Shown here: piece by piece, positions 9,231 through 18,714 of the stretch
Layout of the letters: each line of letters begins with the position of its first letter
How positions within the stretch are numbered: the stretch's first letter is position 1
DNA from: a virus
Taxonomy: Duplodnaviria; Caudoviricetes
Length of the DNA stretch: 61,725 nt
Strand: one strand, 5' to 3'
IMG/VR virus record: IMGVR_UViG_3300030376_007782
Coordinates: 1 to 61,725 of that record
Notes under the pieces: model-generated
Seen by the model: only the letters and a program-made list of their open reading frames with translations
Told to the model about the DNA's origin: nothing
Databases searched by the model: none
Program-made: the position numbers and the translations under genes

Positions 9231-9632
9231 TTACGCAGCTGTGTAAGTAACTCGATAGACACAAGGAGATCGATCTTTTTTTTCTACATAAAGATAGTTC
9301 TCGATAGAAGCTCCTACTGAGAAAGTGAAAGAAACATCTTGACGATTAGAGATCTTAGGAGCCTTGACTTCTCCAACTACAGAGCCATCCGTGCCACTAC
9401 GAATGTAGATGCGGCCAACAGCGTGAGAGCCTGCTTGTAAAGTAACAGTTCCAGTTCCTGTTGCAGATGAGGTAACAGCGAAAAGATCGGCTCTTGGTTC
9501 AGAACCCTCAGTGGTGTCTTCAGTAATGGAGTTGACAGTGATGTTTCCCCCATCCTCAGTCCGATACTGTCTGAAGCGAGTAATTCCTGCGGGGTTGGCA
9601 CCAAGCTCTCGATTAAAAGTGAATTGAGCCAC
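9231..9632 (-). CDS. hypothetical beta-rich virion protein
   Basis: 133-aa ORF, T/S/G-rich, TAGACT -10 box upstream. Confidence 0.6.
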   Translation of the reverse strand: MAQFTFNRELGANPAGITRFRQYRTEDGGNITVNSITEDTTEGSEPRADLFAVTSSATGTGTVTLQAGSHAVGRIYIRSGTDGSVVGEVKAPKISNRQDVSFTFSVGASIENYLYVEKKDRSPCVYRVTYTAA

Positions 9633-9739
9633 GGTTAATTAATACTGCGATGTTTATAGTCTACCGCTTTTGCTTTAATTTAATAACTAACAATTTACTG
9701 ACACCCTAGAGTAGGGTAAAGTGCTACTCACTGCAGCTA

Positions 9740-10060
9740 ATGACCTACTCTCGCAAGAACGCTCTCATTTATCAACTGACTGAATTTATAGAAAAATTCA
9801 GACCAGGGTTTATTAACAGAGGGTGGGTCAAGAAGATTAGAGAGTACTGTCGTGAAGACTGGGCAGAATGGCGTACTGGTCTTGTAATGAAAGAGTTAGA
9901 TAATCAAATTGAAGATCTTCACGCTCTATGGAAAATTGAGGAAGACGAAAAAAATCAACCCCTTTACAGCGAAACAGCTCCAGATGGATCAGAAGCACAA
10001 GAATTTTTAGGTGGAGAAATGCGTCTTACTTCGCCTTGGACTTCCGAGCGCGAGACTTAG
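9740..10060 (+). CDS. hypothetical protein
   Basis: 106-aa ATG ORF ending LGGEMRLTSPW. Confidence 0.65.
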   Translation: MTYSRKNALIYQLTEFIEKFRPGFINRGWVKKIREYCREDWAEWRTGLVMKELDNQIEDLHALWKIEEDEKNQPLYSETAPDGSEAQEFLGGEMRLTSPWTSERET

Positions 10061-10172
10061 ATTTAGCTGAAGCTGCTTTACCAGACTTAACGCAGTTAGG
10101 GACCATTCGGTCTCCTTTTTTCTTCATGCCCTCTTGAACGTAACCGTCCCAGCAGGTTCCTTGCTTAGCCAT
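10026..10172 (-). CDS. small basic CWxGY-motif protein (48 aa), not in ORF track
   Basis: MAKQGTCWDGYVQEGMKKKGDRMVPNCVK; CWxGY...VPNCV motif known from phage head-associated proteins. Confidence 0.75.
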   Translation of the reverse strand: MAKQGTCWDGYVQEGMKKKGDRMVPNCVKSGKAASAKSKSRARKSKAK

Positions 10173-10380
10173 TGTTTTTAGATGCTTTGTAGGCACGAGC
10201 TTTTTTGCCAGCTCGTTTGGCTTTTTCAGTATTCGCTACATGAGTATTTACTGGTTTACCTCGTGTGGCGGCTTTCTTTTTTTCATCAGTAGCTTTCCTC
10301 TCCTCAGCAGACATCGAAGCCCACGCTGCTTTAGGAAGGTAACGCTCGGTGCGTCCTTTTTCTCTCGCTTTATCGGCCAT
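10165..10380 (-). CDS. basic protein, C-terminal half of DUF5872-like domain
   Basis: ERYLPKAAWASMSAEERKATDEKK...VANTEKAK; start set at ATG 10380. Confidence 0.7.
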   Translation of the reverse strand: MADKAREKGRTERYLPKAAWASMSAEERKATDEKKKAATRGKPVNTHVANTEKAKRAGKKARAYKASKNNG

Positions 10381-10936
10381 GTCCTCCCAAAGAATTTTTA
10401 AGCATCTCAAGTCTATTAGCTTGGCCTCTGTGTGTCTGAGATGCTTTGTCTAATTGACTAACAATTTCTGTAAGCTCGTTTTCAGTCTCGGTTTCAGGCA
10501 TCGGTTGTCTCTCCTGATCACGAATAGGTCCACCAAAAAGCCAAGCATCACAAGTTCTACTTCCTGCACACTTGAACTTAAACAACTGACAATACCCAAG
10601 ATCAGCTAACTCCATAACTTCTCTAGGATCAGCCGCTTTTGTTTCGTTAATACCTTTCTCAATGCAACCAAGAACTAGATCTGACTGATCAAATGCAGCG
10701 CAGTTACCGCACCTAGCGGTCTTAACAGTATCTAGATCAGTCTTCCATAGCTGCGCTTTTTCTTCCCAAAAACCGGGGTCAGGAACGGCAGGGTTAAGTG
10801 GACCGTACCCATAATTTTCAATAGTCCAATCTCTGTTTTTTATATTGTCCTCAATGTCCACGGTGGCAAGAGGGCAGGCACCGTTTACTTCTGTGATTCT
10901 TTTATCGAGAAATAGTTCGCTTTGGAGGTTACTCAT
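10370..10936 (-). CDS. Cys-rich hypothetical protein (HiPIP-like Cys spacing)
   Basis: CGNCAAF...GYCQLFKFKCAGSRTCDAW; YGPLNP motif; start set at ATG 10936. Confidence 0.7.
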   Translation of the reverse strand: MSNLQSELFLDKRITEVNGACPLATVDIEDNIKNRDWTIENYGYGPLNPAVPDPGFWEEKAQLWKTDLDTVKTARCGNCAAFDQSDLVLGCIEKGINETKAADPREVMELADLGYCQLFKFKCAGSRTCDAWLFGGPIRDQERQPMPETETENELTEIVSQLDKASQTHRGQANRLEMLKNSLGGHGR

Positions 10937-10940
10937 GAGA

Positions 10941-11171
10941 TTAATTTTTCTTTTCGTGCTCTTCACGAGTCTGCCAGTCCTCTTTACCCCATTTTGAAAG
11001 TTTGTTTTTACTTGATTTTTTACCTTGGTACTTTCCGCCCATGTCTTTGTAGTATTTTGTCGCTAATTGCATAGCGCGTGCAGAGTGACCGCCCATTTTT
11101 TTACGTGCTTTAGCCTTCGCACGAGCCCATTTCTCAGGGTGTTTTTTCTTCGCAGTTTCAGCCAAGATCAA
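10941..11171 (-). CDS. basic protein, N-terminal half of DUF5872-like domain
   Basis: HSARAMQLATKYYKDMGGKY...LSKWGKEDWQT. Confidence 0.7.
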   Translation of the reverse strand: MILAETAKKKHPEKWARAKAKARKKMGGHSARAMQLATKYYKDMGGKYQGKKSSKNKLSKWGKEDWQTREEHEKKN

Positions 11172-11437
11172 AGCCTCCCTGAAGTGTTGCGCTCGTCTTT
11201 CTTACCACGCTCGCGTTCAATCTTGTACTTTTTAGCACGTGTTTTAGCGCGTGTAGCCTTACTCATCTCAGCCCTACGGTCACCTTTCTTAGTACTTTCG
11301 TAAGTACCTTTTTTCAAATCCCCAGACTTCTGCAAAGTACTGACTGCAATAGCGTAAGCAGAATCCTTCGACATTTTAGGATTCTCTTCGCGGATACTAT
11401 GCACTGCCTTACTCAAGATATCGTGCTTATCTGCCAT
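11168..11437 (-). CDS. small basic protein
   Basis: SAYAIAVSTLQKSGDLKKGT; K/R-rich; TAGAAT -10 box upstream. Confidence 0.7.
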   Translation of the reverse strand: MADKHDILSKAVHSIREENPKMSKDSAYAIAVSTLQKSGDLKKGTYESTKKGDRRAEMSKATRAKTRAKKYKIERERGKKDERNTSGRL

Positions 11438-11480
11438 TGCGAAGTGGAGCTAGAGTAGTTTTATTCTACTTGAAAATCTG

Positions 11481-11657
11481 ATGTCGTTTATTTTCAACAA
11501 CTGGTCAGAGATTGTTGGAGTCGCAGGTGCTGCTCACTTGGTAGCTCTCGCAGTTGTCAACCTCACCCCCACACCTAAAGACAACGAGGCTTATGCTCGT
11601 TTCTACAAAGTTATTGAAAAGTTTGCCGGTATCATTACCAAGGTGGCTAAAAAGTGA
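11481..11657 (+). CDS. small membrane protein, holin-like (58 aa), not in ORF track
   Basis: MSFIFNNWSEIVGVAGAAHLVALAVVNLTPTPKDNEAYARFYKVIEKFAG; TM segment + TPTPKD motif. Confidence 0.7.
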   Translation: MSFIFNNWSEIVGVAGAAHLVALAVVNLTPTPKDNEAYARFYKVIEKFAGIITKVAKK

Positions 11658-12044
11658 TTATGCGGTCTTCGGAAGAAGAAGCGTTTCATACTCCATCCAA
11701 TCGGTAAGTATCGAAGGGGGAGATTTTATTTCTTGCTGATTAACCCAGTCAAGAATTTTTTCTTCCCTTTCCATTGTCCAAAAGTCTTGGCTCCTGTACC
11801 ACACGAACCACGGTGTGTCGCTTTTTATTAAGTTGCACTCACCGCAGCATCCCACAAGGTTGTGACGCTCGTTTTTACCTCCTTTCGATTGAGCTAAAAC
11901 GTGATCTAACGTGCTGGGTTTTGAACGTCCGCAGTACGCGCAATCAGGCCATTTATCGAGAATACTTTTTCTAAACCGTTTGCGAGCAGACCGTTTCTGT
12001 AAACAACAAAGATTGAATACAAGATCATTTTCGCTCACAGGCAC
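11658..12044 (-). CDS. HNH endonuclease
   Basis: CAYCG...TLDHVLAQSKGG...NLVGCCGECNLIKS. Confidence 0.9.
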   Translation of the reverse strand: MPVSENDLVFNLCCLQKRSARKRFRKSILDKWPDCAYCGRSKPSTLDHVLAQSKGGKNERHNLVGCCGECNLIKSDTPWFVWYRSQDFWTMEREEKILDWVNQQEIKSPPSILTDWMEYETLLLPKTA

Positions 12045-12097
12045 GTGCGCGTTTAGATGTACATATTCTAACTAAATATTATCAATACCTACAATGT

Positions 12098-13951
12098 TTA
12101 AATTGTCTCAAGAATAAGAAGACCAGAAGAGGAGACTGCTTTAGCAATAGGACGCCAAGGAAAAGAAGGATCTCCATTCCAAGTAGAAGGTTCACCTGAA
12201 GCAGTCGTATATCCACTTGTAGTTGGATCTACGTAATAGAAATACCCTGTAGATAACCCAGTATTATTGTAACCAATAGAACGAGGAACATTAATAGTGA
12301 CTGGCTCTCCGCTTGCCACGGTGGATTGAGAGGTACCGATAAAGTTATTGGCTGAGTTTAGTGTTGGGAATGTAGATGACCCTACGGAGCCCACTGTGGC
12401 TTTTCCGTCGGAACTGTTAGTGTCGTCTGTGTAGTTAATGACGACTCGTTGATTAGAAGAGTCGTAAACGCAGCCTATATCAAGAACAACATTAGAATCA
12501 AATAAAACAGAAGTACCAAACCCAATAGTTGTATCAGAAACAGTGCCAACTATAGCTGATCCGTAGGCACTGTTACTTTGATCTCGATAAGCAATTATTA
12601 CTTGATTAAGAGTTGAATCATAAGCAGTAGCTATATAACTAGCTCTATTAGCTAGAAACTCAACAGCAGTGCCAAATGTTATAGATGTACCAGAAACGGT
12701 ACCCACAATTGCACGACTAGTAGCCGACCCAGTATATCCATAATAAGCAATGACTATTCTCTGATTAGAGGAGTCATAGACGACTGGCATGTCTGTAGCG
12801 TAGTTAGCCTCAAAAACAACTGCAGTACCGAATGAAATAGATGTACCGGAAACAGTACCGACAATGGCAGTACCGTAATTTGAATTTCCTACGTCTCTGT
12901 AAGCTACAACGACTTTGTTGTTAGTAGAGTCAAATCCGGCATAAAGGTTATTAGTATCACTAGTTGAAAAAACTACTGGACTACCAAAACTAATAGATGT
13001 TCCAGAAACCGTACCTACTATGGCAGTGCCATAGTCGCTATTATTTCTATCTTCGTAAACAATGACAACTCGCTGATTAGAGGAGTCGTATGTAATATTC
13101 GCATCAGCAGTTGTGTGCGAGTTGAAATCTGTACTGCTGCCCCACGAACTAGTTGTACCGGAAATTGTACCCACAATTGCAGCGCCGTAATTAAGACCAC
13201 CAACGTCCCGTGAGAAACAAAAAACTACTTTATTGTTAGTGGAGTCGTAAGTTACACCATAAGGTGTGGACCATGAAGACTCAACAACAACTTTAGTACC
13301 AAAAGAAATAGATGTACCAGAAACAGTGCCTACAATTGCAGTGGCGTAACTTGAGTTTGATTGATCTCGGTAAACAATAACAACTTTGTTATTAGAAGGG
13401 TCGTAAACTGATCGACCAAACGGGATAGTTCCACTATCGAAAGTAACAGGAGTGCCAAAACTTCTTTGAGTACTGTCCTGAAGAGTAATAACAACTCTAG
13501 CTTTACCTGCATCATCCAAACCAACAGGATTACCTGCTTGAATAACACTGGAAGCTGTAAAATCTACAGAACTACTACTCGAAAAATTAACTGCAAGATC
13601 TAATGCGGCATTACCCGAAGCAAGAGCAGTATTTGCATCTGATTGAGCTGCCACACCGCTGGCCAAAGCAATCGCAGAAGCACTAGAACCAGCGACCCCA
13701 GAAGCTAATGCAGAACTTGCAGTTACAAGATCGGCACCATCCATACCGATAGAATCGCCGACAAAAATTACACCGCTAGCGCTGGAAGCAAGTGCAACAT
13801 CAAGTCGTTTATTACCAGTTTGTAAATCTCCACCACCAACTAGACCACTACCAGCGGTAAGAGAACCAAGTTCAGCTCCGTCAACTGCATCTCCTGTAGG
13901 TAGCTGACTGAGCTGCCCGTCTACGTAAACAAGAGGGAGTTTCTCAGCCAT
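12098..13951 (-). CDS. tail/receptor-binding beta-propeller repeat protein, paralog 1
   Basis: About 7 repeats of YDSxNxxVVIxYxD...AIVGTVSGTSISFG; N- and C-terminal domains shared with 14309 and 16188. Confidence 0.8.
   Translation of the reverse strand: MAEKLPLVYVDGQLSQLPTGDAVDGAELGSLTAGSGLVGGGDLQTGNKRLDVALASSASGVIFVGDSIGMDGADLVTASSALASGVAGSSASAIALASGVAAQSDANTALASGNAALDLAVNFSSSSSVDFTASSVIQAGNPVGLDDAGKARVVITLQDSTQRSFGTPVTFDSGTIPFGRSVYDPSNNKVVIVYRDQSNSSYATAIVGTVSGTSISFGTKVVVESSWSTPYGVTYDSTNNKVVFCFSRDVGGLNYGAAIVGTISGTTSSWGSSTDFNSHTTADANITYDSSNQRVVIVYEDRNNSDYGTAIVGTVSGTSISFGSPVVFSTSDTNNLYAGFDSTNNKVVVAYRDVGNSNYGTAIVGTVSGTSISFGTAVVFEANYATDMPVVYDSSNQRIVIAYYGYTGSATSRAIVGTVSGTSITFGTAVEFLANRASYIATAYDSTLNQVIIAYRDQSNSAYGSAIVGTVSDTTIGFGTSVLFDSNVVLDIGCVYDSSNQRVVINYTDDTNSSDGKATVGSVGSSTFPTLNSANNFIGTSQSTVASGEPVTINVPRSIGYNNTGLSTGYFYYVDPTTSGYTTASGEPSTWNGDPSFPWRPIAKAVSSSGLLILETI
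13497..13562. repeat. 66-bp perfect direct repeat, copy 1 (copy 2 at 15696-15761)
   Basis: CTAGCTTTACCTGCATCATCC...GGAAGCTGTAAAA identical in both tail paralogs. Confidence 0.9.
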
Positions 13952-13991
13952 TACTACTACCTAGTTTATTTTATTTTATCCGATAAACTTA

Positions 13992-14276
13992 CTATTCAGT
14001 TTCTAGTTCTACACGAGGGTCAACCCAATCAGGATTTAGTACCCAGCCGCCAGCGTCCGTAAAGGTGTACTTCCAACCGAACCAATCAGTAGGTTCAGTA
14101 ACACCCTCATTCAACACGCAGTTAGCTGTGGTGCAATCCATGATATACATTTCAGGATTACTAGGATCGCCAATCGTAGTTTTATCTGACTCAATCAGAA
14201 CCTGTTTGTCGTCGGAATACAGGTATACACTGAGGTTTGGGACTTGAAAGTCACCCAGGCGGCAAATAGTTTTCAT
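13992..14276 (-). CDS. small tail-accessory protein
   Basis: VTEPTDWFGWKYTF...WVLNPDWVDP; lies between tail genes; start set at ATG 14276. Confidence 0.7.
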   Translation of the reverse strand: MKTICRLGDFQVPNLSVYLYSDDKQVLIESDKTTIGDPSNPEMYIMDCTTANCVLNEGVTEPTDWFGWKYTFTDAGGWVLNPDWVDPRVELETE

Positions 14277-14308
14277 GAAGCTCTCGAGCACTAAAACAGT
14301 GTAACCGA

Positions 14309-16153
14309 CTAAATCGTATCAGTCAGCAACAAGGTAGTAGAGTTAACCGCTCGGCCAACCACCCCCCAATTAACTGCTCCAGACCACGAAGCTGGTTGGG
14401 TCGAAGTTGTAGTAAATCCGCTGGTTGTCGGATCAACGTAATAACCAGAGCCAGCAAGTAAGCCAGTGTTGTTTTGATCTGGCGAACCAGGCAGGCGTAC
14501 TGATACTGCTGCACCGCTTGCCACGGTGGATTGAGATATACCGATAAAGTTGTTTTGAGAAGAAATTGTGGGAAAAGTTGAGAAACCAGGAGCACCAACT
14601 ACGGCAGTACCGTAATATGAGCCAACGTTGTCTCTGTAAGACACAACAACTCGATCATTTGTGGAGTCGTAGGTATTAGAAATATAGTAAAGATCACCAG
14701 AAAAAATAACTGCTGTACCGAATGATATAGATGTACCGGAAACAGTACCGACAATGGTAGTACCCTGACCTGATAAGCCTCTGTAAGATATTACCACTCG
14801 ATTATTTGTAGAGTCGTAGGTGGAGGCTAGGTAGTTAACACTAACAGACTCAAAAACAACTGCAGCACCAAACGAAATAGATGTACCAGAGACAGTACCG
14901 ACGATTGCAGTACCGTAGCTTGAGTTTCCGTCGTCTGGATAAGCTATAACAACTCGATCATTTGTAGAGTCGTACGTGGGGGCGGGGGATGAACCGCTAT
15001 TAGTACTAAAAACAACTTCAGTACCAAATGAAATAGATGTACTAGAAACAGTACCGACAATAGCAGTAAAGTAATTTGAGTTTCCGTTGTCTACATAAAC
15101 CATAACGACTCGGTTATTTGTAGAGTCGTAGGTAAGACTAGGGTAAAAAGTAGAAGCAGAATTAAAAACAACTTCAGTACCAAATGAAATAGAGGTACCG
15201 GAAATAGTACCGACAATTGCAGTACCATAGCTTGAGTTATCGAGGTCTCTATAACTTATAACGACTCGATTATTTGTAGAGTCATAGACGGCGTTAGGTT
15301 GCAGAGTAGCGCCAGAATTAAAAACAACTGCAGTACCAAATGAAATAGATGTACCGGAAACAGTACCGACAATTGCAGTACCGTAAGATCCGTTACCGTC
15401 GTCTCTATAAGCTATAACGACTCGATCATTTGTAGAGTCATAAGTAGAGGCTCTCACGTCAATTAATACATAAGCAGATTCAAAAACAACTGCAGTACCA
15501 AACGAAATAGATGTGCCAGAAACAGTACCGACAACTGCAGTACCGTAAAATGAGTTATCGGCGTCTTGATAAGCTATAACGACTCGATTATTTGTAGAGT
15601 CGTAGGTACAGGAGCTTTCATCAGTACGAGCAGACTCAAAAACAACTGAAGATCCAAAACTTCTAGTATTTGCATCAGTAACACTAGTAACAACACTAGC
15701 TTTACCTGCATCATCCAAACCAACAGGATTACCTGCTTGAATAACACTGGAAGCTGTAAAAGTCTGAATAGCACCAGCAGGCTTCGCAGCGATATCAACC
15801 AGAGCAGCATTACCGCTAGCTAGAGCAGTAGCGGATACAGAAATAGCAGCATTACCGCTTGCTACTGCATATTCTGCAATTTCTAATGCTTGATTACCAC
15901 TGGCTAATGCTGTTTGTCCTGTACGCAACGCAGAGCCGTCATTTGCCAGTTTATTGCCGACAATAATTAAACCACTGGGGTTTGGAGCTATAGCAACATC
16001 TAATTCAACAACCGCTCCTAAATCTCCAGCACCATCTACGGCAACACCACTACCAGAAACTATATTTCCAGGAGAAGCACCTACAATCGTGTCACCAGGA
16101 GGTAACTCAGTCCGAAGGCCACTAACAGAAACAACAGGAAGCCGGACTACCAT
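14309..16153 (-). CDS. tail/receptor-binding beta-propeller repeat protein, paralog 2
   Basis: Seven highly similar ~46-aa repeats TYDSTNxRVVIxYxD..GTAIVGTVSGTSISFGTAVVF. Confidence 0.8.
   Translation of the reverse strand: MVVRLPVVSVSGLRTELPPGDTIVGASPGNIVSGSGVAVDGAGDLGAVVELDVAIAPNPSGLIIVGNKLANDGSALRTGQTALASGNQALEIAEYAVASGNAAISVSATALASGNAALVDIAAKPAGAIQTFTASSVIQAGNPVGLDDAGKASVVTSVTDANTRSFGSSVVFESARTDESSCTYDSTNNRVVIAYQDADNSFYGTAVVGTVSGTSISFGTAVVFESAYVLIDVRASTYDSTNDRVVIAYRDDGNGSYGTAIVGTVSGTSISFGTAVVFNSGATLQPNAVYDSTNNRVVISYRDLDNSSYGTAIVGTISGTSISFGTEVVFNSASTFYPSLTYDSTNNRVVMVYVDNGNSNYFTAIVGTVSSTSISFGTEVVFSTNSGSSPAPTYDSTNDRVVIAYPDDGNSSYGTAIVGTVSGTSISFGAAVVFESVSVNYLASTYDSTNNRVVISYRGLSGQGTTIVGTVSGTSISFGTAVIFSGDLYYISNTYDSTNDRVVVSYRDNVGSYYGTAVVGAPGFSTFPTISSQNNFIGISQSTVASGAAVSVRLPGSPDQNNTGLLAGSGYYVDPTTSGFTTTSTQPASWSGAVNWGVVGRAVNSTTLLLTDTI
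15696..15761. repeat. 66-bp perfect direct repeat, copy 2
   Basis: Identical to 13497-13562. Confidence 0.9.
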
Positions 16154-16187
16154 GATTTTGTGACCTTTAAATACACTTTAGCCTGGG

Positions 16188-18044
16188 TCATATTGACTTG
16201 AGCAACATCAAACCGCTCGAAGTAACGGCGCGACCGATATAGTTCCAGGGAACTTGACCGTCCCAAGTAGTAGGTTTAGTTGATGTTGTTGTAACACCAC
16301 TAGTTGTTGGATCTACGTAATAGAACTTACCTGGAGTATACGAAGCATTAGGGTCATTATAAATTGATCCAGGGAGAACGACAGTACAGTCAGTTCCGCT
16401 AGCCACGGTGGAATCAGCGATTCCAAGAATATTCGACTGTCCGTTTAGAGTGGGAGTATTGACTTGAATACCGACGCCACTGGCAATCGCCATCGATGCG
16501 TTTGAATTGCTGATGTCAAGACAATATGAAGGATCATCTGTAGAAAGCTTAAATTGTGATGTGTAAGCTCTATAGAACAAATTAGTATAGTTAGGAGATG
16601 TATCTAGCAAAGTAAGAGAACTGCCAGATTTACGTAAGCTATACAGATAGAAAGCACTATTTGATGCTCCTCCCGCGCCAAAAGTAAATCCTTCATCATC
16701 TGTGAAACTTACGGGACAGCGTACATAGTACCCTACTGCTCCCGTATTTATTTCCGCTCCCACTGTTATAGACGTACCCGCCGAGTTTATAGTTGCGATG
16801 TAACCGTAAACAGGATAGGGATCTGCCGACCCTTCGGAAATCAAAAATACAAATTGTCGATTACCAATCGAAGCCAAATTTGTACCGATATTGTGGCGAG
16901 TTCTAGTAGAGAACGCTGATGTCCAGCTGTTTTGAGTAAGACTACTCGCAGTTACAGTCCAGGTTGACAGATAGTGATTATTACCAGATTCATAGTACTG
17001 AATGGGTATACCTGTACTATGATCGTAAAATGTGTAATATTTACTTCCCGTTTGACTAGAAGAAGCAAAATCCTGTTGAGTCGTAACGTTTCCTGAAATT
17101 GAATATAAATATAGTCTTGAACCGCCTGCGGCGTAAGTGGCAAGGACTCTATCTACATCAGGCAGATACATAACATTTTGACTGTCAATATATGAGGGTG
17201 TTATAGTTTTATCTTCAACAACTGTGACCGTATTTCCAGATACTGATGCTAGATAGTGATGAACACCAGTTGCTCCATCAAATTGAGAACCTGCAATGAA
17301 AAGTCTGCTTGAACCCTGATGCCAGCAAACACAAGCATTATTGGTGTTAGCGCTTACTATAGTTAGCAAAGTGCCGTAAGACCACGAGGTTCCATTCCAA
17401 GTACCAACAACAGCTTTCATGTAGCCGCCAGAACTCTGACGAGTAATACATACAGCTTGGTTAGTACCAGCTATTACAGCAATATTTGTCCCAGGTCCAT
17501 AGTTTTCGTTTTGAATACCTTCAGTTGTAAAGGAAGAAATAGCACCGAAATCAATTTCAGTCGATTGAAAATATGATTCAGCGGCTTGAACTCTCCCAGT
17601 ATCATCAACACCTACAGGTACACCAGAAGCCACAACGCTTGCAGCTTCGAGCACAGTTGTATTTGAGCCGCCACCAAGCGTTGGAACTAAATCAAGCGCA
17701 GCATTACCAGACGCAAGTGCTTCAGCACCGATAGAAAGCGCAGCGTTACCAGACGCAAGAGCATCAGCTGAATCAGCTAAAGCTGCATCACCATAACTAA
17801 GTGCAGTCGTAGCATTTACGAAGGAAACGCCGTCATTGCCGATAGAGTCGCCTGCGTAAATCAGACCACTCGGATTCGGAGCGACCGCAAAATCAAGTCG
17901 AGTATTAGGGCCAATACTACCGCCGCCAACCAGACCACTTCCTGCGACTACTTCAGTCGAAGATCCTCCGGTTTGTACCGTATCTCCTTGAGACAGTTCG
18001 GAAACCAAACCATCTTTGGTAACTAAAGGGCGGCGGCTGACCAT
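16188..18044 (-). CDS. tail/receptor-binding protein, paralog 3 (divergent central domain)
   Basis: Shared N-term (VAGSGLVGGG, APNPSGLI, ALASGNAAL) and C-term (STVASG, YYVDPTTSG); central domain lacks the clear repeats. Confidence 0.8.
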   Translation of the reverse strand: MVSRRPLVTKDGLVSELSQGDTVQTGGSSTEVVAGSGLVGGGSIGPNTRLDFAVAPNPSGLIYAGDSIGNDGVSFVNATTALSYGDAALADSADALASGNAALSIGAEALASGNAALDLVPTLGGGSNTTVLEAASVVASGVPVGVDDTGRVQAAESYFQSTEIDFGAISSFTTEGIQNENYGPGTNIAVIAGTNQAVCITRQSSGGYMKAVVGTWNGTSWSYGTLLTIVSANTNNACVCWHQGSSRLFIAGSQFDGATGVHHYLASVSGNTVTVVEDKTITPSYIDSQNVMYLPDVDRVLATYAAGGSRLYLYSISGNVTTQQDFASSSQTGSKYYTFYDHSTGIPIQYYESGNNHYLSTWTVTASSLTQNSWTSAFSTRTRHNIGTNLASIGNRQFVFLISEGSADPYPVYGYIATINSAGTSITVGAEINTGAVGYYVRCPVSFTDDEGFTFGAGGASNSAFYLYSLRKSGSSLTLLDTSPNYTNLFYRAYTSQFKLSTDDPSYCLDISNSNASMAIASGVGIQVNTPTLNGQSNILGIADSTVASGTDCTVVLPGSIYNDPNASYTPGKFYYVDPTTSGVTTTSTKPTTWDGQVPWNYIGRAVTSSGLMLLKSI

Positions 18045-18068
18045 TTTTAAACCTCAGTAAAACAAGAC

Positions 18069-18575
18069 CTAGTTAAACAGGTCTACAGGGGGTTGGATTT
18101 CAACATGCAAAGCAGTACTACTAATTGCAAGTCCAAGATTAACAAGAGAAGCATAACCGCTTGCAGCGGTAATAGTCCCAGAAGCGGTACTGAACTCTGT
18201 GAGCTGTCCTTGGAACTTGGATAAATAATAGTATTGACCAGGGACTAAGGAAGTACCAGCAGAAATATTGGCAGCACTTACAACTGCAATATCGTCCAGA
18301 TTGACAGAAACGGTGGCATTTTGTACCGCTGCCTCTGTAGTAAGACCAATTGCTTGATGTTGAGCTGCGTCCACACCGCTTACTGCGGTAGCCGGGACTG
18401 CATAAACTCCACTAACATATACGACCTCACCTTGAATAAGGTCAGCCCCAGCTACAAAATCTACTAGCGACGTTGGAGAAGAAGAAGTAACTCCGCCGCC
18501 GTTAACGAGAAAAACAGGAGTATCTCCTGGTTGAAATTCAGTGTATTTTCGATTAAAAATCGCCCGGTTAGTCAC
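18069..18575 (-). CDS. virion structural protein
   Basis: LVPGQYYYLS...LGLAISSTALHVEI resembles the C-terminal domain of the tail paralogs. Confidence 0.65.
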   Translation of the reverse strand: MTNRAIFNRKYTEFQPGDTPVFLVNGGGVTSSSPTSLVDFVAGADLIQGEVVYVSGVYAVPATAVSGVDAAQHQAIGLTTEAAVQNATVSVNLDDIAVVSAANISAGTSLVPGQYYYLSKFQGQLTEFSTASGTITAASGYASLVNLGLAISSTALHVEIQPPVDLFN

Positions 18576-18623
18576 TACTTACACCCAGACATCATTCCTT
18601 TAATCATAATCGATGTTTGATAT

Positions 18624-18713
18624 TTATTCGTCATCGCGAGGATTAATCGCCATCAAACAGAATCCCATGAGGTACAAAAACCCGAGGGCTCCAAGAACGA
18701 TAGCAGTACCCAT
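18624..18713 (-). CDS. 29-aa single-TM peptide, not in ORF track
   Basis: MGTAIVLGALGFLYLMGFCLMAINPRDDE, starts 1 nt after the upstream stop codon. Confidence 0.5.
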   Translation of the reverse strand: MGTAIVLGALGFLYLMGFCLMAINPRDDE

Positions 18714-18714
18714 A

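Noticed and set aside
14600-15660. CRISPR array or DGR template/variable repeats
   Set aside because: Repeats are in-frame protein repeats of about 140 bp, differences are not adenine-specific, and there are no cas or reverse transcriptase genes in the window
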